Source: the human T2T-CHM13v2.0 reference genome, Homo sapiens
NCBI RefSeq assembly: GCF_009914755.1
Contig: NC_060926.1
DNA length: 64,000 bases
Reading direction: 5' to 3' (one strand)
Shown: positions 48,650-62,977 of the stretch, piece by piece
Numbering within the stretch: position 1 is the stretch's first letter
Layout: every line of letters starts with the position of its first letter
Position numbers and translations under genes: made by a program
Notes under the pieces: generated by a model
What the model saw: the letters and a program-made list of their open reading frames with translations, nothing else
What the model was told of the DNA's origin: nothing
The model's database searches: none

Positions 48650-49200
48650 ATGTCACATGGGATGCAAACAAAAGTAGGCACAGTGGGCAGGGAGAAAATA
48701 TCCCGGACAATGGAAACAGCATATGTAAAGGCTCATGGCTCATCATAGAAACAGCAAGTAATTTCGTATGCTAAAGTAAAAAGAAACAGCGAGACAGAAG
48801 TAGAGGCAAGAAAAAAACAGATCACAAAGGGTCATGCATGTTCTTCTCAAGAGCTTGGATTCTATCCTGGAGACAAACAAGATCAGCTGAAAGAAGTATA
48901 CAAGCATGAAATTGTGAGATGAGAATTTTGAAAGGGCGATTTGTAATATGCATTGGAAAAGACAAGACAGAAGACCAAGATCATCTATGACGCTAGTTCA
49001 GTAATCCAGACAAAAAATGATGATGTCCTGAATTAAGACAGTCACCACGGAGATAAAGGGGAGGAAAAATTCAAGTTATAATAAAAGATGGCAAAATAGA
49101 TAGCACTTTGTAACTGACAATGTAGAAATGATGACAGAGATAGATGTGAAAAATGACACATGGATGAATGATCATGACAGTCACGGGAATAAGATATGCA
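48650..49200 (-). mobile_element. L2 fragment
   Basis: GGAAACAGCATATGTAAAGGC..GAGCTTGGATTCTATCCTG. Confidence 0.6.
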
Positions 49201-50671
49201 GACGTAGGCTATGCATAGTATACAGTCAACCAAATTAAGTGACTGCAAAATAAAATGGTCTAAAAAACAAACCAAGTGGGAGTGTCCTCCTCTTTAACTG
49301 CTATTCAGGTTAAGTATTCCTATCAGGAGGCGTATCTGTAGATAATACCTGCAAACTAACTTATAAACTGAAATAAGTTATATTATTTTAACCATGGGCA
49401 TTTTAGAAAAAGAAAGAGAAAGTACTCTTGCTTATCTACTGCTAATGGAATTCAGAAACAGTTTATACATTAAATGATCCCACATCAAACTGTTTACATT
49501 AAACCTTGATGAAATTATTCCACATGCAGTGAAGCTACTCAAATCAAAAATATATGCAAAAAATGTCAAAAGTGCCACTAGACATAAGCAACATGAGAAA
49601 ACAATAAAAAGAAAAACATACAAAAAGAAATTGAAATTTTAAATAACATAATTTTTTCCTTCAGGAAGAACCAAATTCCTAATTTTTAAAGTGTATGCCC
49701 TAGCTCTCAAAAGCAAGCGATGTTAGACAGCTTGAAGTGAAATACAATTCTAAAAGGAACAATATTTTTAGGCTACATCTAGGCTAAAATGGATGTAACA
49801 AGAGATTAAATGACTTTGGTAAAAAGAAATTGGACAACAGGACTATGTGTCTTTTTTAATAGTACCTGCTCACTCCCTGCTCTGAACCCATCTTAATTCA
49901 ATGGTCAAGTCCAGCAAAAGAGAAACAAGCCCTACATAGGCTGCTAAAAATTCTAGAGAGGTTGAAGAGATGGCTACAAAACTACAGTTTTCAAGTAGCC
50001 CTTGCTGAGACCTACAAAGAAATGAGAATGAAGATAATCTATAATATTTTGGAAGGAATGAATTAGGGAATGTCTAGTTTCTAAAGATTGGGTGCAAAAA
50101 CAAGGGTTACAGAGAAGCAAGAGAGAGGAGTTTTGCCTCCCTACATTTCTTTTCTTTCCATCTTCTGTCCTGAAAACAATTCTGCACCTCACCTCTTTTG
50201 CAGTTTTCATCTATATTACTTAGTCCTTCTATTAGTCCGTTCACATTGCCATTTTAATAATCTCCTAATATTTATCATTGCTGATAATTTTTCATCCAAA
50301 TAACTCCCATTTGGAGTTAAAAACAAAGTAATTGATTCATCATGTACCCTACTGATTTCCTTATGCTTTCTTTGGCTCTCTTACCTCTAAAAACTGCCTC
50401 CAGCTGCAAGACTAGTATTGCAGGATTTCAAGGGGTACACATTAAGTGGTCAAGATTTGAAAAACATATCATAATTAAGAACTATTTTTATGATCTATGC
50501 ATGTGAATGCATCTACAGATTGAAATCAAGCCTTAACTTTAACACTTTGTGATGCTGACTAAATTCTTTCGATTGGTTAATCAATCAACAAACATTAGCT
50601 ACACACTGTAATGGTACTAGTATCATATAACAATAATCAGTACACAAAATTAAACAAGACAAGATATATAC

Positions 50672-50779
50672 CTGAATTCTCTACAGAGAAGAGGATAAAT
50701 AAGGCGTTTAAAGGAATCATTCAGTGAATTATATAAGATCTTCATTAACTCTGGCCTTGCAAAGCTACGTGGTCTCCAC
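50672..50779 (-). CDS. SRBD1: SRBD1 internal coding exon, 108 nt ([36 protein letters not shown])
   Basis: CTGTTTTGCAG|GTGG...TTCAG|GTATAT; phase 2/2; overlaps ORF 50650..50832. Confidence 0.95.
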
Positions 50780-51104
50780 CTGCAAAACAGAAAAGCCCAC
50801 ACTAAAACTGATGCAACAATAAATAAGGCCATAAAAAGGCTCCCAAAAAGAAGGGAGATGGAATACAGAAGGGGGGAAAACCTTTATTGAAGCCAAAGTA
50901 ACATAATCTGTGAGGAAAGGCTGTGGTATCTGAAAATTATTACTATGACATCTGGAGTTTTTATTTTAAAAATCCTAGTAACTATCTATGGTCAGATATA
51001 AAACAAGGAAAAAATTTCCTCTTCAGTAAAGGGTCTCCAAAGCATTATTAATAATGGCCAAAATCTTAAGATACAAGAAAGTCACCAAAAAATTATTACA
51101 CCAC

Positions 51105-51454
51105 TGCTACAGACTGAATTGTGTCCCTCCCCATATCCATACCTTGAAGATGGGGCCTTTGGGGGATAATCAGGTTTAGATGAAGTCATAAGGGTGGGGC
51201 TCTCAGGATGGAATCAGTGCCCTGATAAGAAGAGATAACAGAGGGCTTGCTCTTTCTCTCTCTTTCTCAACCATGTGAGGACACAGCAAGAATGCAGCTG
51301 TCTACAAGCCAAGGAGGGCAGCCCTCACCAGAAAATGAATCAGCTGGCATTTTGATCTTGGACTTCTCAGCCTCCAGAACTATGAGAAAATAAATTACTC
51401 CTGTTGAAGCCACATAGTCTGTGGTATTTTGTTATGTTAGTCCAAGTTAAGACA
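51105..51454 (+). mobile_element. MaLR solo LTR (MLT1A/MST-like)
   Basis: TGCTACAGACTGAATTGTGTCCC ... TTAAGACA; 5-bp TSD ACCAC/GCCAC; GACTTCTCAGCCTCCAGAACTATGAGAAAATAAA. Confidence 0.88.
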
Positions 51455-52153
51455 GCCACTGTATCCTTTTTTCCCCCTTTCTTTATCTCTTTCTGAGAGT
51501 TAAAGTAGACTGAGCAAAGCAGAAACTCTGTTTCAACCCTTGCCTCTTGCCATTTCTGAGAACTTACTCTATTGCTCAGGCCACAATGCTCTACCAGGCA
51601 ACATCTGCATATGTAATGAGGACTATAAATGCCACAGAACCAATTGTTAATGAACACTGGGGAAAGAATAGAAGAGAAAAGCACAAGCTAAAAGGACAAA
51701 TGTAGCCTCACTGAAACGGTCCCTATAAACCTTATAAAATTAATCAGGAAAGAAGGGAGGGCTAGAAATGAAAATAAACCAAGCTGGCAGCACATTCAGC
51801 ATTAATCATGAGGTCAGCTCACTCTCTGACCTGCTTCCTCATAGTTGTTTGGTGCCTACTGTCCTAGAATCACACAGACCCTGTTACTAGATTATAGCTC
51901 CCCTTAACTGCTCTATAGGTAACAACCTGAACATTATGAAATGTTAAGTTTTCCATTTGAATACTCTTTCAGGTCCTGTGTACCAATGAAACTACTGACA
52001 TCAGCTAGTATGAAAGACTCCCACCAAGAAGCTGACTCACCAAACAGTACAGTTTCCATATGCTGATGATTTTATCCCCCTTACCCCAACCAATCAAAGA
52101 CCACAAATTTCCAGCTCCTTTCCCTCCACGATCCCCTTAAAAATCCTAGCCCA

Positions 52154-52456
52154 GGCTGGGCACAGTAACTCACATCTGTAATCCCAGAGTATGGCCTTCC
52201 AGAGGCCAAAGTGGGAGGATCACTTGGAGTTCAAGACTAGTCTGGGCAACATAGCCAGACCTTGTCTCTACAAAAAATAAAAATTTAGCTGGATGTGTTG
52301 GTGTGTGCCTGTAGTCCCTGCTACTTAGAAGGCTGAAGCAGGAGGATCACTTGAGCCCAGGAGGTTGAAGCTGTAGTAAGCCATGATGCACCACTGCACT
52401 ACAGCTAAGCAACAGAGACCCTTTCTTAAAAACAAAAACAAAACAAACAAAAAAAA
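52154..52456 (+). mobile_element. AluJ-like nested in LTR
   Basis: Dimeric Alu; TSD-like AGCCCA. Confidence 0.9.
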
Positions 52457-52537
52457 CCCAGCCCAGAATTTTTTGGAAAAATGGATTTCAAGGCCTCCTC
52501 CCATCTCTTCACTCAGTGCCCTGCAATCATTAAACCC

Positions 52538-52840
52538 TTTTTTTTTTTTTTTTTTTTGAGACGGAGTCCTGCTCTGTCGCCCAGGCTGGAGTGCAGTGGC
52601 GCGATCCCGGCCCACTGCAACCTCCACCTCCTGGGTTCATGCCATTCTCCTGCCTCAGCCTCCTGAGTAGCTGGGACTACAGGTGCCACCATACCCGGCT
52701 AATTTTTTGTTTTTGTATTTTTAGTAGAGATGGGGTTTCACTGTATTAGCCAGGATGGTCTCGATCTCCTGACCTCGTGATCTGCCCATGTCAGCCTCCC
52801 AAAGTGCTGGGATTGCAGGCGTGAGCTACCTCGCCAGGCC
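52538..52840 (-). mobile_element. AluY/Sc-like nested in LTR
   Basis: Poly-T then reverse Alu; TSD CATTAAAC. Confidence 0.93.
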
Positions 52841-53464
52841 CATTAAACTCTTTTCTCTGCTACAAACCCTGCTGTCTTGGTGTATTAGTCTGTTACGGCA
52901 CAGTGGGCATATAAACCTGTTGGTCCTATGATACTATCCATTCTGTGTTTTCATCCATCTACAGCATCTCTGCCCTTGCCCTCTTGAATGAAAACCATTA
53001 ACAAAATATTAATTAATATTACCTTAAGGGTACTCTCATCCCCTTTACTTATCTTAGGCTAGGAAATGAACTACATTTCACTGAACAAACATTTAAGCAC
53101 TTACAATGTTTTATTCCAAAGATTACATAATAGCAACTAACTGAATCTCTTCCACAGAAAGTGTCATACAGTTTTTAAATTTTAGTGGAAGTGCTTTTAG
53201 GCAGGATATACATCCTTCCTTCCACCTAAATCCCTGCTGCTCCCTACTGTAACATTTACCTGAAGGAATTAGGGATACAGAGGAGTAGGATTTCTCTACT
53301 CCATTGAAAAAAGGCATGAATTCAACAAACACACCTTTTTTCAATGAAACAAATATCTAAACAAATGTATGGCACAATAAATGTAAAAACAGAAATAAAT
53401 GTTAAAGATATGAAGAGCTCAAAAGCAGAAGTGACAGCAAACAGCAGTATAATATACTAGTTAA

Positions 53465-54300
<836 letters not shown>

Positions 54301-55235
54301 AGAGAACATAGTCCTGAATCATGCAACAATATGCTAGACAGATAGTCCTTAGAGGTAGGAAGACCCTAACAGAGGGATTTGTTTTAATGTATGTATCTGA
54401 TTTGTCTCCTAAGGTGTTGCCCTTTAAGCCACTGCTTGCAGGAAAAAGCCAGAAATCTTAAATGTCACCTACCCATACCCTCTCACACCCCCAGTAGTCT
54501 TCTTCAAGTCTCAAGATCCTCCCTTGGCTTGGACTGCTCTCCTCCCCTTCCTGGAACAGAGAGCTATGGGTCTATTTAATACTTGAGGATGCCTCAATCA
54601 TGCCCATTCAGTTGAACTTTAGACCACTAGACCCAGCCCTGAAAGAGAACAGCTACATTCATTTCCTACATTATAGAAACTCCTTTTTGCTCCTTACACC
54701 AAAACAATTCCTGCCCTTCACCGGCTTCCTGGGATTTATTGAAGGCACTTAGCATATTAAGGGACCTGAAATAGTATAGTAAATTCACAAACCCTGTTGC
54801 TTAAATCTTTAAACTTAAAGAAAATATGATGGGTTTGCCTTACAGGAAGTCATCTCAAAACTTGATTCTTCCTCTAATTCAACAGTTAAATACATCTGAA
54901 TAAAACTAAGGAGGACTCACTTAAACCAAATATACATTGCAAAACACATGCTATGTATGTTGCATACAATGAAGCACAAAACTGAGGTGAGGGATCACAA
55001 ACTCCTCCAAAGAAATATTCTCCACTTTGGCAAAGAAATATGCTCTCCCAACTTCATATATATAAGATAAAGACAGGCTCTCTCCACTGGGCTTTCTTTT
55101 TTCCACATTTAAAGGAGAGACAGTTTCCCTTAAACCTACTACATGAAAAACAGCAGCACAATTTTAGGGAGAATAAAAATTAACTTATCAAGTCAAAGAC
55201 ACAAAAATCTGCAAACTCAAAAGACAAGTTCTGAA

Positions 55236-55358
55236 GCCAGGTGTGGTGGTGCATGCCTGCAGTCCCAGCTAATTTGAAGGCTGAGGCAGAAGGATTGTTT
55301 AAATCCAGGAGTTTGAGACCAGCCTGAGCAACATAGTGACATAATGTCTCTAAAAAGA
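55236..55358 (+). mobile_element. Alu monomer (FLAM-like)
   Basis: Single arm with short A tail. Confidence 0.8.
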
Positions 55359-55689
55359 AGTTTTCTTAATTTTTTAAAAAAAATTTCCTTAGATACGTTT
55401 TTATTTAGAGAGCAAATGCAGAAACTTAAATTACTGAGGTTCTCACAAACACAGCAACTATTTCAGCATCTAAAAAGCTTAGAAATCCTCTTCATACTTA
55501 TCTTGTACTAGTAACATACAATTCCAAATGAGGAATTGTTCATTTGCTGAATCTGGACCTAAATATTAGTTTTAATACTAATACATTAGCTTTAAATTAT
55601 TCCTTGTTATGCTAATTAACTTATGTAATGACAAGACTGCCATTTAAATCACTATTTGCCCTATTACATAGTTCTTAATATATTTATAG

Positions 55690-56650
<961 letters not shown>

Positions 56651-56843
56651 AAGTACATACAGAAGAGGGTGAAGAAATAGGGAAAAAGAGAGTAAAAAAA
56701 GGAACTAGAAGATTCATCAAGTAAGCATTTCTAGTCATTCACATGTGCTTAAAGGAAAAAAAAAAGTTCTTTTGAGAATAATTTTTTAGGTCCTAGAAAA
56801 GTGTTTCAGCTCTTGGAATTATCTAAATGAAGAAAAAGTTTCA

Positions 56844-57168
56844 GGCCGGGCATGGTGGTTCATGCCTGGGGTGGTTCATCCCAGTACTTTGGGAGGCGGA
56901 AGTTGGTGGATCACTTGAGTTCAGGAGTTTGAGAACAGCCTGGGAAATATGGCAAAACCCCTGTCTCTACAAGAAAGAAAAATTTAGCTGGGTGTGGTGG
57001 TGCGCACCTGTAGTCCCAGCTACTCAGGAGGCTCAGGTGAGAGGACAGCTTGAAACTGGGAAGTCAAGGCTGCAGTGAGCCAAGATCATGCCACTGCACT
57101 CCAGCATGAGTGACAGACAGAGTGAGACCCTGTCTCAAAAAAGAAAAGAAAAAAAAGAAAAAGAAAAA
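56844..57168 (+). mobile_element. AluJ/S full length
   Basis: Dimeric Alu with a small internal duplication (GGTGGTTCAT twice). Confidence 0.92.
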
Positions 57169-57875
57169 CTTCCAAACCTGACTGAAAATTATATTACTAT
57201 GCCATAATGATGTAACATGTTACATTGTAGGCTAAATAATATTACAAATTTTTCAATTGGAGAACTAAATAAAATATAAATAAGCCATGGAAAAATAAAT
57301 CACTGTAAAAAAATTCCTTGACATTTACTTAGTCTAAAGATAATAAATAGGTTAAAAGCATATTTTTTCTTTAACTACTGAGGACTGACTCTGATACTGA
57401 GTATTATGAATATTTACAGAAAAATAAGCCAGAAATTGTCTTTGTGATTTACTAAAACATTTCTAAAAAGAATTAGCACAATAATCCCACTACTTTGTAA
57501 TAACAGATACCATCAAAGGCCTGTTCTTCACCAGACATTGTGCTATACAGTTACGTAGATTATCATTTAATTCTCTCAAATCTACAAGTAAAGTATTACC
57601 ATTTTAAGGATAGACAAAACTGAGAAAGAAATTAAGTAGCATGCCCATAGGTGCAGAGGTAGAAAGTAATATAACTGGAATTCAAACTCAAATATATCTA
57701 CTTCTTAGGAGTTTCCTCTATGAAACTATCTTAGAGTTTTGTCATATCTTAAATTATCTAATTTCCTAATTTTTTAAATCTAGCATTTCTTTTAGGCATA
57801 CATTTCCTCTTTCCTTTCATTGGAATTTATTTGCTTATTTATAAAGGAAATAAGCATTCATAAAAAATGACAACT

Positions 57876-58182
57876 AGCCAGGCATGGTGGGTCACGCCTG
57901 TCACGCCAGCATTTTGGGAGGCTCAGATAGAAGGACCGCTTGAGCCCAGGAGTTCAAGACCAGCCTGGGCAACATGGCAAGACCTCATCTCTTAAATAAA
58001 AAAAAAAAAAAAAGTTTAGCCAGCGGTATGCACCTATGGTCCCAGCTACACAGGAGACTAAAGTGGGAGAATCACTGGAGTCTGGGAGATTGAGGCTGTA
58101 GTGAGCTATGATAGCACCTGTGTGCTCCAGCCTAGGCAACAGAGTGAGACCCTGTCTCTCAAAAAAAGAAAAAGAAAAGAAA
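57876..58182 (+). mobile_element. AluJ-like full length
   Basis: Dimeric Alu. Confidence 0.92.
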
Positions 58183-59271
58183 CTATATAGAAAAATATAC
58201 ACAGTAATATAAAGACACTTATTTGCCACTAGTGAAATCATACTATAAATAAATGCTAATTGTAAATTGTCTTTTTAACTTAGTAAGACATGTTCATATT
58301 TCAACTTCAGCTCTATTTCCACTTTTTCAAAATGGCTGCACAGAATTCCACCATATGGATATAACATAATTGGCTTAAGCAATTTACCTATTGATTAACA
58401 TTTAGACTGTTGTTTTACTTAATGGTTGCTTAGTTAGTAGTATTTGGTTGTTAAGCAAGTTGATCCTTCATTGCTTTTAATGAATTAACAAAACAGTTGT
58501 GTTGAATGAGATAACTGATTTCCAAAATCCATGATACTTATTTTCAAAGAACAAGTCATCTAACTTTTTAAGTATCATTCCTAGCAATCTCTTTATCCTA
58601 AAGTTACACAGAACTAGCTGGTGATGAACTTTATCAAAATTTACATCTCCTAGCTGCTAGGAAGCCACTTTACTTACCTCTTTGTATCAGTTTTCTCACT
58701 GGCTAAGTGGTGGCTACAAAATCTGCTCTACCAACTAAATAGATTTTTGTGAGGATCAATTACACTCTGAAAAATTAAAACTAAAAGTAAAAAGTATTAT
58801 ACAAACATGGTGCTATTTTAAAAGGCTCCCTTAACAAATAAAAAGGGTAATAAAAAATTACATAAGCTTAGACATTTCCTTAAAATATCTAATAAATTTA
58901 ATGTTTCTTTCAATCATCCTTAACATGCAACATTTATCCCCACATACAGAATGCTTATTTATATTGTAATATCCAATAAGTTAATTTTTGTTTCCATCAT
59001 CCTTAAAGAGCTAAACACTTCAGATATGATACATAGAGCATATTTTTGTTAGTTTATTTTTGCAAGGGAAAAGATGATCTTACAAAAGTTTCAAATAGTA
59101 CAGAAAAGTAATGAAGTAAAACAGTTCTTCTCCACAGAGATAATCACTATCAAAAATTCCTCACACACCCTCCTGGATATTCTCTGTTTAAATATGCATG
59201 ACACACATACTTATTTTATTATTTTTTTTAATTCAAAAAGGACACTACATACCTTGTCTGTTATTGGTGGG

Positions 59272-59583
59272 TTTTTTGTTTGTTTGTTTGTTTTCTTGAG
59301 ATGGAGTCTTGCTCTGTCGCCCAGGCTGGAGTGCAGTGGCGTGATCTCGGCTCACTGCAACCTCAGCCTCTTGGGTTCAAGCAATTCTCTGCCTCAGCCT
59401 CCTAAGTAGCGGGGATTACAGGTGTGCACCACCATGCCCAGCTAATTTTTTGTTTTTGTATTTTCAGTAGAGACAGGGTTTCACCATCTTGGCCAGGCTC
59501 ATATTGAACTCCTGACCTCGCGATCCACCCCCCTCAGCCTCCGAAAGTGCTGGGATTACAGGCGTGAGCCACCGCGCCCGGCC
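59272..59583 (-). mobile_element. AluS full length
   Basis: (TTTG)n tail then reverse Alu. Confidence 0.94.
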
Positions 59584-59704
59584 TGTCACTGGCTTTTTAA
59601 AAATGTTCACGTAATAGACATCTTTACATATCAGTACATATAGATATCGGTATCATATTTTAGAAAAGAAACAAAGAAAATTCTGTAAATATCTGTAAAC
59701 AGAC

Positions 59705-59808
59705 CTGTTTTGGATGCACCACCTACAGAATTCATCCTTCACTCCATCAGAAATATTGACCTTAACCGTCAGTACCTTCAAATTTTCTCCACGGTTAATT
59801 GCCAGAAT
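59705..59808 (-). CDS. SRBD1: SRBD1 internal coding exon, 104 nt ([35 protein letters not shown]); absent from the ORF track
   Basis: Minus strand TTTGCACTCAG|ATTCTG...CAAAACAG|GTCTGT; phase 0 in, phase 2 out; LAINRGE motif typical of the Tex family; joins the next exon in frame. Confidence 0.93.
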
Positions 59809-61754
59809 CTGAGTGCAAACATAAGGCAAAGACTAATAATCCACAAAATATATGAAACAAATCAGGCGACTATGTAGCTGACAGCTATATGAATTTTTTA
59901 CTCGTTTATTAAACAAGAATACATTTTAAAATAATCATTTACTTACACTTTTTTCAAGTAACATACCTCCCACATAAGGAAAACCCTAACATGCTCTTAG
60001 AAAATAAAATGCAGATACAAAGCCTATCTAACACATTTACAAGAAGAGACTTTGATGATCTAAAAATCGCATTTCAGATTCTACTAATTGAAAATTTTTG
60101 ATTATCTGGAGTTGGAAGGGTATACTTTTTATAATTTGAAAAGATAACCTGTGCTAAGATAAATACAAACATGTAAAATCCTAGGTGCAATATTTAGTAG
60201 CTACAAATTGTTACCATCCATTGAGCATTACTAATTGTAGAGCCTATCTAAGCACTTTAAATATATTATCTCAAGTAATCCTTAGAGTCACCAGTAATGT
60301 GTGTATTATCTTCACTTTATATAATAATTTTTCTGAAACTAACTTGTTGCAAATCACAAAGCTAGCAAGTAGCAAAAAAAGAATTTAAACTTCAGATCAA
60401 TCTGTCCATGCTCTTAATTAAAATATTAAAAGAACGACTGTCTTAAAACACATTAAAAACACTCCTTAAAGTATAAACAAAACCAAAACAAGCAGAAGAA
60501 AATAATAAATAATAGGGTAAAAATAAAATAGAGAATAGAAAAGCAATAAATATCAACAAAACCATAAGTTGGTTCTTTGAAGATATCAACAAAATTAACA
60601 GACCTTTCGCTAGACTAATCAAGAAAAACAACAGGAAACACTCAAACACCAAGATCAGGAACAAAAGAGAGGCCACTACTAAGGACCTTATAGAAATAAA
60701 AAAGATTATAAGAGATACCATGAGCAACTGTATGACAAATTAGATAACTAAGATAAAATGGACAAATTCCTAAAAGATACAAACTACCAAAAACAAACCA
60801 AAAAGAAACAGAAAATCTGAACACACCTATAAAAAGTATGGACACTGAATTAGTAATTTGAAAATTTCCCACAAATAAATGTCCAGGCCCAGATGGCACC
60901 ACCATTGAATTCTACCAAACATTCTAAAAAGAATCAATATCCATTCTTCACAAACTTTCCAAAAGATATTAGAGAAGGAAAAACTTCACATATATTTCTA
61001 TGAGGCCAGTATTACTCTGATACAAAAACCAGACAAGACTTCACAAGAAAACTACAAACCAATATCTCTTATGAATATAGATGTAAAAATCCTCAATAAA
61101 GTAATAGCAAACCACATCCAGAAATATATAAGAAGGATTATACACCAAGATCAACTAGAATCAATTCCAGGAATGCCCGGTTGATTTAACATCTAAAAAA
61201 TCAATTAACCTAACACATTATATCAATAGAATAAATAACAAAAATCCTATGATCATCTCAATAGATGTGGAAAAACATCTGACAAAATCAGGTAGCCCTT
61301 CATGATAAAAAACACTCAAAAAACTTGGAAATATAAGGAAAGTTCTTTAATATGAGAAAGGGCTTGTGCACAGAAATCTCACAGCTAACATCATATTTAC
61401 TGGTCAAAGACCAGGAACAAGACAAGCGTGTCCACTCTCACAACATTGTACTGAAGGTTCTAGCCAGGGAAAAGAAGGGAGGCCATCTATATTGGAAAGG
61501 AAGATGTAAAACTTTCTCTATTTGCAGCTAACATGATCTTATATATAGAAAATTCTAAGCAATCCACTACAAAACTATTAGAACTAATAAAGAGTTCAGC
61601 AAAGTTGCAGAACACAAGCTCAACAAATAAAATTAATTTATACATACTAGCAATAAACATTCTGAAAATAATTTTTTTTAATTCCATTTATGATACCACC
61701 AAAAGGAATAAAATACTTAGGAATAAATTTAACAAAAAAAGTTCACAACTTACA

Positions 61755-61993
61755 CGGTTGACCTTTGAACAATACAGGTTTAAACTGCATGTGTTGACTT
61801 ACACGTGGATTTTTTTCAACCAAACAGGGATTGAAAATACAGTAATTGCAGGATCTGAAACCCACGCATAAGGAGAGCTGATTTTTCATATACATGGGTT
61901 CTGCAGGGCCAACTCTAGGACTTGCATATACATAGATTTGGGTATATGCAGGGATCCTGGAATCAATCTCCTGTATATACCAAGGAACAACTG
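61755..61993. mobile_element. MER8-like Tigger-derived MITE (239 bp) nested in L1
   Basis: Termini CGGTTGACCTTTGAACAA ... CCAAGGAACAACTG followed by TA. Confidence 0.8.
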
Positions 61994-62840
61994 TACTATG
62001 AAAACTACAAAACATTGTTGAAAGAAATTAAAGAAGATCTAAATAAATACCCATGAACATCCCATGTTCAGGGATCAGAGGGCCTAATATTGCTAAGATG
62101 GCAACACTCCCCAAGTTGATTTACAAATTCAGTGAAATCCCTATCAAATCCCAATTGGCATGTTTTGTGGAAACTGGTGAACTAATTTTAAAACACATAT
62201 AGTAATTCAAAGGACTGAGAATAGCCAAGTCAATTTTTAAAAATCAAAATAAACTTGGAAGATTCCCACTTCCCAATTTCAAAACTGACTACAAAGCCAC
62301 AGTTATCAAGACAGTGGGGACTGGCATAAGGATAGACATACAATGGAATAGAATCGGAGTCCAGAAATAAACTTATACATATAGTGTCAACTGATTTTCA
62401 ACAAGGGTACCAAGATAATTCAATGAAGAAAATCCAATCTTTTCAATAAATCATGAATAACTAGAACTCACCACATGCAAAAGAACAAAAGTGGACGGAC
62501 CCCTACTTCACGCTATACATAAAAATTAACTCAAAATTGATCTTAGACCTTAATACAAGAACTAAAACTATAAAATTTCCATTAAAAAAGGAGAAAATTT
62601 TTATGACCTCAAGTCATAAAGCCTTCTTAGATATAACACCAAAAGTGTAATCAATAACAAAAAACTAGATTGAACTTCAACAAATTTTAGTTTTTGTGCC
62701 TCAAAGAATAGTATCAAGAAAGTGAAAAGAAAATGCACGGCATGGGACAAAAATTTTTGCAAATCATATGTCACATAAGGGTATCTAGAATATATTTAAA
62801 ACTCCTACAGCTCAACAATAAGGAGACAAAACCCAATTTA

Positions 62841-62977
62841 TTCATTTATTTATTTTCTTAAGAGATGGGGTTTCACCATGTTGGCCAGGCTGGTCTCGAA
62901 CTCCTGACCTCAGGCGATCCGCCTGCCTCAACCTCCCAAAGTGCTTGGATTATAGGCGTGAGCCATCGCGCCTGGCC
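62841..62977 (-). mobile_element. AluS left arm only, nested in L1
   Basis: Left monomer plus A-rich tail; flanking repeat AACCCAATTTA. Confidence 0.88.

Larger units (their letters stand above)
51712..52933 (+). mobile_element. ERV1 solo LTR, LTR26-like, interrupted by two Alus
   Basis: Start TGAAACGGTCCCTATAAAC..AAATGAAAATAAACCAAGCT; continues between and after the Alus. Confidence 0.7.

Noticed and set aside
53005-53020. AATATTAATTAATATT palindrome
   Set aside because: Pure AT low complexity; expected by chance
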